Origin: Candidatus Woesebacteria bacterium
Lineage (GTDB): Bacteria; Patescibacteriota; Microgenomatia; UBA12405
NCBI GenBank assembly: GCA_035350835.1
Contig: DAOPUX010000001.1
Span: forward strand, 1-31,348
Direction: 5' to 3'
DNA length: 31,348 nt
Numbering within the stretch: the first letter of the stretch is position 1; each line of letters starts with the position of its first letter. The position numbers and the translations under genes are program-made. Below, piece after piece: positions 1 through 7,773 of this stretch. Below the pieces are notes generated by a model. The model was not told the DNA's origin, did not search any database, and worked only from the letters and a program-made list of their open reading frames with translations.

Positions 1-371
1 CCAAAAAACTTGTAAACATCGTCATAAAGTCCGAGTAGTCCAAAACTAATAAAAGTAAAAAATATGATAGAAATTTCACTGGCAATTTTGTAATTTGAGG
101 AAATAAATATTTTGGAAAATTTAATGACAGGGAATAAAACAAAAAATAAGACAGTAACGGCAATGATAACCAAGACTCCCCCACCGACCGGAGTGCCGGT
201 TTTGCTGTTGTGAAACTTATCGAAAATAGGGGTTTTTTTGTTGAGAAAATCGGTAGTTTGCTGCTTTTGCCGCTGAAATTTTAATTTGTAAAGAATGTTA
301 ATAAAAGGAACGACCAAAATACTGGTGATCAAAAAAGAAAACAATAATAGACCAAGATACAAGTGAATCAT
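1..371 (-). CDS. mraY: Phospho-N-acetylmuramoyl-pentapeptide transferase MraY, 5' part only (runs off the window edge)
   Basis: Not in the ORF track; translated by hand from ATG at 371: MIHLYLGLLLFSFLITSILVVPFINILYKLKFQRQKQ...KTGTPVGGGVLVI...FGLLGLYDDVYKFF. Has the MraY K-x-GTP-x-GGG and G-x-x-DD motifs plus hydrophobic helices. Starts 3 nt after the murA stop. Confidence 0.88.
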   Translation of the reverse strand, partial: MIHLYLGLLLFSFLITSILVVPFINILYKLKFQRQKQQTTDFLNKKTPIFDKFHNSKTGTPVGGGVLVIIAVTVLFFVLFPVIKFSKIFISSNYKIASEISIIFFTFISFGLLGLYDDVYKFF

Positions 372-374
372 AAT

Positions 375-1703
375 TTATGTTTTTATATATTTTATGTTAG
401 CACCCAATGAACAAAGTCTCTCGGCTAATTTTTCGTAACCTCTTTCGATATATTCAACTCCGTCAATAATAGAAGTGCCTTCGGCGGTGAGAGCTGCCAG
501 GGTGGTGGAGGCTCCAGCTCGAAGATCGTTGATAACGAAATTGGCCGGTTTTAGCTTGGTGGGACCGTAAATTTTGACTCCGTGGAAATATTCCGGTTTA
601 TCACTTTCAGGATTAAACTGGTAGTAAGTTTCAGGATTATCAACCTTGGGATTGAAAAAATTGGCTTTGACACCCATTTTTTTGAGATTTTCGATGTGTT
701 GGAAACGTGAGGGGTAAACCCGTTCAATAACGGTACTGCAGCCGACAGTTTGGGTAAGAAGGACAGAAAAGATAGCCTGCCAATCGGTCATAAACTCTGG
801 TTCTGGTCCAGTTTCAATATCAATATTTTTTAGAGGTTTAACCCAAGAGACGGTGATTTCGTCTCGGCCGGGGATAATTTTTGCCCCCATGGTTTCAACG
901 GTATTTAAGAAAGTTTGGACAATTTCCGGACTGCTACGCAAAATATTAATGGAGCCCTTGGTGGCAAGAGCAGCACAGGCAAAAGTAACAATTTCATTTC
1001 TGTCGGCGATGACTTGGTGATTGGTGCCTTTAAGTTGGCGGACGCCATTGATAATAATTCTTTTTGGGTCTTTGAGGTCACGGTGAATATTGGCTCCCAT
1101 ATCGTTAAGCATCGATATGAGATCATCAATTTCGGGTTCCTGAGCAGAGTTGTCGAGAATGGTTTCGCCGTGGGCAAAGGCGGCTGCCATAATAACTGTT
1201 TCAGTGACGGTGTGGCTAGGTTTATTGAAAGTATAGTGAACCGCCTTGATCTTGTCGGTATTAAAGGTCATGTTGGTGTTGGTAACTTCAGTTTTTATAC
1301 CCATTTTGTCAAAACAGTCAAAAAGACGATCAAGCGGTCTGGCGCCGAGTTTGTCACCGCCGGGGGTGGGAACGACCGCTTTTCCGCTTCTGACTAACAA
1401 AGGGGCAGAAAACATAAAAGAAGTTCTAGATTTTTCACCAGTGCCGGCAGGAACAGTAGAATTGGTAATTTTTGGGGTAGTAATCTCAAGACAATGTTCA
1501 CCGCAATAGTTGATAGTCGAGCCGATGCTTTTGGCAATACTTTCAGTTATTTTTATGTCAGAAATTTTTGGGATATTAGTTAGCTGAGTGGTTTGAGGGC
1601 TGAGAATGGAGGCGATTATTTGTTTATAGCTGGCATTTTTGGCTCCACGAATAGAAACTTCACCATTTAATTCTTTGCCGCCAGTGACGATATATCTGGA
1701 CAT
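375..1703 (-). CDS. murA: UDP-N-acetylglucosamine 1-carboxyvinyltransferase MurA (Asp in place of the active-site Cys)
   Basis: N-terminal GAKNA, PGGDKLGARP loop, PEIDDL, GPEPEFMTDWQ, DLRAGA and IERGYE motifs typical of MurA. Confidence 0.95.
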   Translation of the reverse strand: MSRYIVTGGKELNGEVSIRGAKNASYKQIIASILSPQTTQLTNIPKISDIKITESIAKSIGSTINYCGEHCLEITTPKITNSTVPAGTGEKSRTSFMFSAPLLVRSGKAVVPTPGGDKLGARPLDRLFDCFDKMGIKTEVTNTNMTFNTDKIKAVHYTFNKPSHTVTETVIMAAAFAHGETILDNSAQEPEIDDLISMLNDMGANIHRDLKDPKRIIINGVRQLKGTNHQVIADRNEIVTFACAALATKGSINILRSSPEIVQTFLNTVETMGAKIIPGRDEITVSWVKPLKNIDIETGPEPEFMTDWQAIFSVLLTQTVGCSTVIERVYPSRFQHIENLKKMGVKANFFNPKVDNPETYYQFNPESDKPEYFHGVKIYGPTKLKPANFVINDLRAGASTTLAALTAEGTSIIDGVEYIERGYEKLAERLCSLGANIKYIKT

Positions 1704-1705
1704 AT

Positions 1706-3103
1706 TTATTTGAATAAATTAATAACTGATTTAAAAATTCGATTGCCTTCGAGTCCACCAGAACTCATGTAGATTAAAATATCATTTGATGTCAGACTAT
1801 GTTTATAATACTGCATAATTTGGGTTTTCAGAGGGAGATAGATTAATTTTGACCCAAGACAGTCACGAAAATCTTTGGCAGTGTTTCTGTTTTTTTTGTT
1901 GATATTATGGTTGAATTTGAGTTGAGTCAGAACGATTTCATCGGCAAGATTAAAGGCGTTTTTTAGTTCATCTAGACTACTTTTGTATTGACTAAAAGAA
2001 GCATGGGCTTGGTAGAGGACTTTTATTTTTTTTTGAGGGTAATGAGAATTTAGGGCAGTCAAAGTTGATTTGATGCGGTTGCCGGATTGGGCAAAATCAT
2101 CAAAAAATAAAATATTTTTGGGTTTAGCAACTAATTCCAGGCGGCGTCTGATGCCGCGATAGGAAAAAATAGACTTGGCAATTATTTTGGGACTGATGGC
2201 AAGATAGTCACTGAGAGCTACGGCGGCAAGAATATTTTCAAAGTTAAATTGGCCAATAAGAGTAGTGTTAGTTTTGATAATGCCTGAAGGGGTGCGGATA
2301 ATGAGGGTGGTAAAATTTTTTTGAGGGATTGTTTTTTCTAAAAAATAATCGGATTCGGGAGTATTGTAGCTGATAACTTTTGCCGGTGAATATTGGGCTA
2401 AACTCAAGGCAGACGGGCTTTGTTGGTTGACAAGAAAGACACCGTCTGACGGCAGTTTTTGAACGAGTTTTTTGAAAGTTTTTAGATTTGAGGCGGCGTC
2501 GGGATAAGAGTCTTTGTGTTCCCAATCGGCGCTGGTGATAATAAGATATTTGGCGGGATAATAAAGGAATTTAGCAGTTTTGTCCAAACCATGAATAGAT
2601 TCGTCACCCTCGACGATAGACCAATTAGAGTCGGTTATTTTGACGGGACTGAATTTATTTTTGGAGCTGCCGCCAAACATATAACTGGGCTTAAGTTTGG
2701 TGTGGTGAAAAATCCAAGCCAAAAGACTGGTAATGGTGGTTTTGCCAAAACTGCCGGCAACAATAATTGAGTTGGGTTTGATAATGTTTTGAGCGATATA
2801 TTTTGTGGCTGACAGGTAAGGAATTTTTTGTTGTTTGATTTGTTTGAATTCTTCTTTGGTATTTTCAAATAGATTATATGAAGAACCGATAATGGCTTGA
2901 TTAATATCATGATCGATGTCAGTGATGTTAATTTTTATATCGGCTTTTTTGAGAGTAGTGCTGATGGGAGGGAATATTTTAGGTTGGTCGGAACCGGTGA
3001 CTCGGGCACCAGCTTGTTTGAGAGCCACGGCTAAACTGGCGGTCATAGTGCCGGCAATGCCTAAAATATGAATGTGAGAGTTAGATAGAGATGGATTTGT
3101 CAT
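1706..3103 (-). CDS. MurC/Mpl-family UDP-MurNAc:peptide ligase with Mpl-like signatures (465 aa from the ATG at 3103)
   Basis: HIHILGIAGT, VTGSDQPKIFPPIST, P-loop AGSFGKTT, DKTAKFLYY, RRRLEL, FDDFA and DILIYMSSGG resemble E. coli Mpl (IHILGICGT, VTGSDANVYPPMST, DKRSKFVHY, RRRLEL, DDFAHH, ILVMSNGG). Start moved from 3166 to the ATG at 3103, which overlaps the upstream stop. Confidence 0.8.
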   Translation of the reverse strand: MTNPSLSNSHIHILGIAGTMTASLAVALKQAGARVTGSDQPKIFPPISTTLKKADIKINITDIDHDINQAIIGSSYNLFENTKEEFKQIKQQKIPYLSATKYIAQNIIKPNSIIVAGSFGKTTITSLLAWIFHHTKLKPSYMFGGSSKNKFSPVKITDSNWSIVEGDESIHGLDKTAKFLYYPAKYLIITSADWEHKDSYPDAASNLKTFKKLVQKLPSDGVFLVNQQSPSALSLAQYSPAKVISYNTPESDYFLEKTIPQKNFTTLIIRTPSGIIKTNTTLIGQFNFENILAAVALSDYLAISPKIIAKSIFSYRGIRRRLELVAKPKNILFFDDFAQSGNRIKSTLTALNSHYPQKKIKVLYQAHASFSQYKSSLDELKNAFNLADEIVLTQLKFNHNINKKNRNTAKDFRDCLGSKLIYLPLKTQIMQYYKHSLTSNDILIYMSSGGLEGNRIFKSVINLFK

Positions 3104-3689
3104 ACTTTGTCCACTGGTGATGGTGGAAATATTCAAAGCCAGGCATATTTCTTTTGTAATAACCATTTTGTGGAGAAAATCGGCCCAAATAACAATAGTC
3201 TAATTTCAGATCGTAACTATCAATAATGGTTTGCAAGACTAATCTGATGGGTAGATTACCATGACTGTAATCCGGGTGGTAAAAAACATAGGCAATATGA
3301 CTGATATCCTTGGAAAAATAACAAATTGAGTAAGCAATAACATTATTTTGTTCATCTTTCCATATATATAGATAATTAAAAATATGTTTATTGAATACAG
3401 TTTTGACAGAGCTTGTGGGAAAATCCCAGCCTAGTTGTTTAATCCAAGAGAAAATTTGTTTGGTAATATCCGAAGTTAGTTTAAAATTTTTAAGAGGTAT
3501 TTTTTGATAACTGAAGCCGGCAGTTTTGTTGAGAATGCGACGGTTTTCGGAACTGAGCTTAAATTGTTTTAGATTTGATCGGCAGCTGGTGTCGGAATAC
3601 CAAAAGTTGGTTTGATTTCTTTGGGGCAGCAGCCCTTGGGAATAATTGATTTCAGGAGACTGATTATTATTAAGATTATATTGAGGCAT
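3081..3689 (-). CDS. Arginyl-tRNA-protein transferase (ATE)/Bpt-like GNAT-fold aminoacyl transferase, compact 202-aa form
   Basis: R-x-NL-x-x-F-x-x-S-x-ENRRIL, YVFYHPD, LVLQTI, LDYCYLG, YYK and GFEYF-x-x-x-x-W match ATE_C/Bpt motifs (RRILKRN, YTFYDPD, ILWQI, VYLGYW, YK, ELF-x-x-x-x-W). Start placed at ATG 3689, overlapping the murE stop; the ORF-track extension to 3872 lies inside murE. Confidence 0.72.
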   Translation of the reverse strand: MPQYNLNNNQSPEINYSQGLLPQRNQTNFWYSDTSCRSNLKQFKLSSENRRILNKTAGFSYQKIPLKNFKLTSDITKQIFSWIKQLGWDFPTSSVKTVFNKHIFNYLYIWKDEQNNVIAYSICYFSKDISHIAYVFYHPDYSHGNLPIRLVLQTIIDSYDLKLDYCYLGRFSPQNGYYKRNMPGFEYFHHHQWTKYDKSISI

Positions 3690-4980
3690 CGGCTTGGCGT
3701 AATTTAAAAGCAGTTCTAAAGGCTTCGGCTTCGGACCAGGGATATTCAGTGTTGCCGTCAAGAATGGTGGTTTCATGGCCTTTACCCATGGCAATGACAG
3801 TATCTTTGGCTTGAGCCAGACTGATAGCAAGATTAAAAGCGTCCTGACGGTTGGGAATGTTGAAATAAACAAAATTATCTTTATTGTTTTTAATTATTTT
3901 TTTGATTTCGGATAAAGGTTGTTTGTCATCGATTAAAACTGAATTTCGGGAAATACCACTAATGATTTGTTGGTTTATTTTGTCAATATCTTCGTTTCTG
4001 GTGTCATCGGCAGTAACAAAGGCAATATCTGCCAGTTGAGAGACGACGGAACCCATAATGGGACGTTTGGTTTGATCGCGACCGCCGGTAGCGCCAAAAA
4101 TAGTTAGAATCCGACCTTGTCTAACCTGATGGAGAGAGGAAAGAGTGTTTTTGATGGCGTTGGGGGTGTGGGCAAAGTCGATCAGGGCAAGTATGTCTAA
4201 TTGATTGACGACTTCTTCGCGGCGACCCTTAGTATTGGGAAAATTTTTGACAACTTCCAGAGCATATTCGGGGTTGATTTTAAGCTGGTCGATAATGGCA
4301 AAAGCAGCTAATATATTGTAGATTTGGTAATAATAAAGACTATCAGTTTTTATTTTAAGGCTATTAAGATTAAAGGTGAGTGAATTTTTGTCTAAGTTGA
4401 TTTTTTTAGCCTGATAATCTGATTTGTGTTCAATGCCGTAGGTTAAATATGGTTTGTTGCCAAGATTGTGTTTGATGATTTGATATGAAGCGTCGTCTCG
4501 GTTGAGAATAGAGATTTTTGAATGAGAAAAAATAAGACTTTTGGTTTCGATGTAGTGTTGCATATCACGGAAATAATCCAGATGTTCGTGGGAAGTGTTG
4601 GTGATAACAGAAACTTCAAAATTGCAGCCGTAATAGCGGAATTGATCTAGGGCATGGGCGGTAATCTCGCAAACTACATGGGTAACACCAGCATCAACCA
4701 TTCTTTTGAATATTTTTTGAATAACTGAGGGGTCGGGGCTGGTCATATGGAGGCCGGTATCAATTTCCTCGTTGCCATATTTGGCGCCGATGGTGGTAAT
4801 AACGCCGGCGTTTATGCCTGATTTTTTGAGAATTTCATACAACAGGATTGAAGTGGTGGTTTTGCCGTCAGTGCCAGTGACACCAACGAGAACCAATTTT
4901 TTGGAAGGTTGATGGTAGTAGTGACGGTAGAAAATACTTTTGGGGAGATGAAAGAGGCGGTTTTTGATTTTTTGCCACAT
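3676..4980 (-). CDS. murE: MurE-family UDP-MurNAc-dipeptide:diamino acid ligase lacking the N-terminal domain (434 aa from the ATG at 4980)
   Basis: VGVTGTDGKTTT, TSPDP, EITAHALDQ, TNTSHEHLDY, IDFAHTPNA, FGATGGRDQTKRPIMG, TADDTRNED and GKGHE motifs. Lies directly after ftsI. Confidence 0.88.
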   Translation of the reverse strand: MWQKIKNRLFHLPKSIFYRHYYHQPSKKLVLVGVTGTDGKTTTSILLYEILKKSGINAGVITTIGAKYGNEEIDTGLHMTSPDPSVIQKIFKRMVDAGVTHVVCEITAHALDQFRYYGCNFEVSVITNTSHEHLDYFRDMQHYIETKSLIFSHSKISILNRDDASYQIIKHNLGNKPYLTYGIEHKSDYQAKKINLDKNSLTFNLNSLKIKTDSLYYYQIYNILAAFAIIDQLKINPEYALEVVKNFPNTKGRREEVVNQLDILALIDFAHTPNAIKNTLSSLHQVRQGRILTIFGATGGRDQTKRPIMGSVVSQLADIAFVTADDTRNEDIDKINQQIISGISRNSVLIDDKQPLSEIKKIIKNNKDNFVYFNIPNRQDAFNLAISLAQAKDTVIAMGKGHETTILDGNTEYPWSEAEAFRTAFKLRQADASI

Positions 4981-4994
4981 TTTGAATGATTTAA

Positions 4995-6644
4995 TTATAA
5001 CAAACCATTGATTTTTGAGGCCATTTTGAACCAAATAGGGGCGGCTGTATTTGACCCCCAGGATGATGATTTAGGGTTGTTGATGGTGACGATCATGGTG
5101 AACTTTGGTTGATAACAGGGCCAAAATCCGATATATGAGCCGATGGTGGCAGAGTCAGTATAGCCGCCCTTGACGGCAACTTGGGCAGTGCCGCTTTTGG
5201 CGCAAACTTCAAGATCTTTGGGTTTAAAGACAGAAACGGCTCCATTTTCGACAGCGTATTTTAGGATTGATTTAATTTCCAAAACGGAATCATGACTAAA
5301 GACGCGAGTTTCTTTTTTGGATTTGATGGGATAAACTTTACCTATTTGGTCGGAAAGGGATGTGGCAACTTTGGGATTAACCAAGACGCCGTCGTTGGCA
5401 ATAGTATTAAATGCCTGAAGCATATTAATTTCCGTAACCACAATCCCCTGTCCGAATGAAGCTGTGGCTAGGTCAATTTCGGGCCAATTATTTTTTATGG
5501 TGGGCTTAACTTCTCCCTGAAGATCGATGCCGGTTTTTTGGTTTAAGCCTAAACTTTGGTAGTATTTTAGAAAATTATTTAAACCTAATTGTCGGATAAT
5601 ATTACTCATCCCGATGTTGTCGGAATTTTTTATGATGTCTTTGAGAGTTGATTCGGGGTGGGTGGATTTGTCCCAATTATTGATAGTGTATTGACCGATG
5701 GTAAGCGGTTGGGAACAATTGTGGCAGATATAATCGGGCTGAATTGATTTTTGGTCGAGAGCCATAGTAACAACTATGGGCTTAAAAATAGATCCAGGTT
5801 CAAATAGATCTGAGATGGCTGGATTTCTTGAAGCACTGGGGGTGGCCACAGTTGAAGCGGTTTGACTGGTCATAGCAACTATTTGGCCAGTTTTGGTCTC
5901 CATAACGATAATCGAACCGGAATCGGCCTGATATTGTTCTATTCCTTGAGATAATTCTATTTCGGCCTGATGTTGAAAATTACGGTTAATGGAAGTGAGG
6001 ATAGTTTGACCATCAATTGAGGGAGAACTCCAGCTTTTTTTGGTAAGGATGGTTTTGCCGGTGGCGTCTTGAGGCGACCAAGTAAAACCGGTTCGTCCGC
6101 TAAGCTGTTTGTTGTAATAAGCTTCAAGTCCGCCATATCCGGTTTGATAACCATAGTTGTCATTGGCAACAAATCCCAACATATTTGAAGCTAAACTGTT
6201 TTCGGGGTAATAACGAGAACTATATTTTTTGAAAATAAGACCATTGATTTCTTGAAGCTGGTTTTTTTGAGGTTCGGTAAAATTAGTGGAAAGGTCAACC
6301 CATTTTTGGTTGGAATTTGATTTGAAATTATTAAGATTGGGATTTTGTTTGGTAAATTCGGGATAAACAAGATCGATTTTATTTAAAATATCATCCAAGT
6401 TTTCGGTCATATTTGGTTTGTAGAGAGAAAGACGATAATTGGTTTGGTTTAGGGCCAAGGGAAAATTATCTGAAGAAAGTATTTGGCCGCGGGCAGGGTA
6501 TTTGGTTTCAAGTTTGTAGGTCTGACTGAGAGCCTTTTCTTTGAGTTCCGGGCTTTTGACCACCTGCCAATAAAAAAGTTTGCCAGTAACAGCCAAAAAA
6601 CAAAGAATAAATGAAAATAATAAAATACGATAGCGTTGAGTCAT
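4995..6644 (-). CDS. ftsI: Class B penicillin-binding protein (FtsI/PBP3-like transpeptidase)
   Basis: N-terminal TM helix, RGQILS and RYYPEN motifs; SxxK (EPGSIFKP), SxN (NSDNIG) and KSGTAQ motifs. Follows rsmH and the ftsL-like gene. Confidence 0.88.
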   Translation of the reverse strand: MTQRYRILLFSFILCFLAVTGKLFYWQVVKSPELKEKALSQTYKLETKYPARGQILSSDNFPLALNQTNYRLSLYKPNMTENLDDILNKIDLVYPEFTKQNPNLNNFKSNSNQKWVDLSTNFTEPQKNQLQEINGLIFKKYSSRYYPENSLASNMLGFVANDNYGYQTGYGGLEAYYNKQLSGRTGFTWSPQDATGKTILTKKSWSSPSIDGQTILTSINRNFQHQAEIELSQGIEQYQADSGSIIVMETKTGQIVAMTSQTASTVATPSASRNPAISDLFEPGSIFKPIVVTMALDQKSIQPDYICHNCSQPLTIGQYTINNWDKSTHPESTLKDIIKNSDNIGMSNIIRQLGLNNFLKYYQSLGLNQKTGIDLQGEVKPTIKNNWPEIDLATASFGQGIVVTEINMLQAFNTIANDGVLVNPKVATSLSDQIGKVYPIKSKKETRVFSHDSVLEIKSILKYAVENGAVSVFKPKDLEVCAKSGTAQVAVKGGYTDSATIGSYIGFWPCYQPKFTMIVTINNPKSSSWGSNTAAPIWFKMASKINGLL

Positions 6645-6898
6645 TAAAAATTTATGTTGATAGACTTAATAATGGGTTTGAGGCTGGCAGAAGGAGTGCT
6701 TTGGACAAGATGGGTAATAGAGGTAAGGTCGGCGACTTGTTTCCAAGCTGATTCAACTTCTAGCTGAAGCTGGTCGGCTTCTTTTTGGTATAAATCAAGC
6801 TGGTTGTTTTGAGTGACAATACTACTGGAATAGAAAAAAGAAAAAACTATTTGAACTATGAGACTGAGAATGATTATGCCGGAAAATATTTTAGACAT
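6644..6898 (-). CDS. Putative FtsL-like cell-division protein (single TM helix plus coiled coil)
   Basis: 84 aa with an N-terminal hydrophobic helix and heptad-like QLDLYQKEADQLQLEVESAWKQVADL. Occupies the ftsL position between rsmH and ftsI with TAATG overlaps. Mostly positional evidence. Confidence 0.55.
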   Translation of the reverse strand: MSKIFSGIIILSLIVQIVFSFFYSSSIVTQNNQLDLYQKEADQLQLEVESAWKQVADLTSITHLVQSTPSASLKPIIKSININF

Positions 6899-7773
6899 TA
6901 AACTATTTTATACGATCTAAGGATACTTGAGCGGGATAGAGGGTTGGATTTTATCTCCGATAGAGACGGTTTGATAAATTTTTGTTTTTGAACCAAGTGT
7001 TTGTTTCGGTTGATAAATTGTTTAACTAATCTATCTTCGCCGGAATGAAAAGTAATAATAACTACGGTACCTTTGGGCTTAACAACTTCAAGGCTTTGGG
7101 ATAATAATTGGGTTAAATTTTTATCTTCCTGATTAACGGCAATCCTGAGACTGAGAAAAATTTTGGTGGCGGGATCAATTTTGGTTTTAATGTGGCGGTC
7201 ACGGTAATAATCCCTGATGATATCGGCTAATCTAAGACCGTCTTTGATGGCAGATTTTTGCCTTTGTTTAATAATTTTTAGGGCAATGGGTTTGCTATAT
7301 AATTCCTGACCAAGTTTGGAAAAGATTTGAAACAGTTGGTCAAATGAGTAGGTGTTGATGATTTCTTCGGCGGTGAGAGTTTGAGTGTCGGGGTTAAGAC
7401 GCATATCTAAAGATTGGGAATCGTTGAATGAAAAGCCTCGATTGATGCCGGTCTGCTGATTTTGACTTAAACCCAAATCAGCAATTAGACCGTCAACCTT
7501 GGATTTGATTTTTTGCTTAACGACGGTGTTTAACTGATTAAAGTTTTGGTTGATTGGAAAAAAATTTGGGGATAAATTATTGTCTTTTATTCGGTCAGCG
7601 GCAATTTTTAGATTGTTGGGGTCAAGATCAAAACCGTAAACAATACCGCCCCGCTTGAGAATTTCTAGGGTGTGTCCGCCGTGACCGAGGGTGGCGTCGA
7701 CATAAATATGGTGTGGTTTGACACAAAGAGTATCCACGGCTTCTTTGAGTAAAACCGGGGTATGAAAATTCAT
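6898..7773 (-). CDS. rsmH: 16S rRNA (cytosine1402-N4)-methyltransferase RsmH/MraW
   Basis: HTPVLL, YVDATLGHGGHT, DLGLS, RGFSF, LDMRL, LRIAVN, ITFHSGED and NPLSRS motifs. Confidence 0.95.
   Translation of the reverse strand: MNFHTPVLLKEAVDTLCVKPHHIYVDATLGHGGHTLEILKRGGIVYGFDLDPNNLKIAADRIKDNNLSPNFFPINQNFNQLNTVVKQKIKSKVDGLIADLGLSQNQQTGINRGFSFNDSQSLDMRLNPDTQTLTAEEIINTYSFDQLFQIFSKLGQELYSKPIALKIIKQRQKSAIKDGLRLADIIRDYYRDRHIKTKIDPATKIFLSLRIAVNQEDKNLTQLLSQSLEVVKPKGTVVIITFHSGEDRLVKQFINRNKHLVQKQKFIKPSLSEIKSNPLSRSSILRSYKIV

Noticed and set aside
3690-3872. N-terminal extension of the ATE-like ORF in the ORF track
   Set aside because: It lies in another frame inside murE. Homology starts after the ATG at 3689, which couples to the murE stop. 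The extensions at 3166, 5034 and 29867 were dropped for similar reasons.
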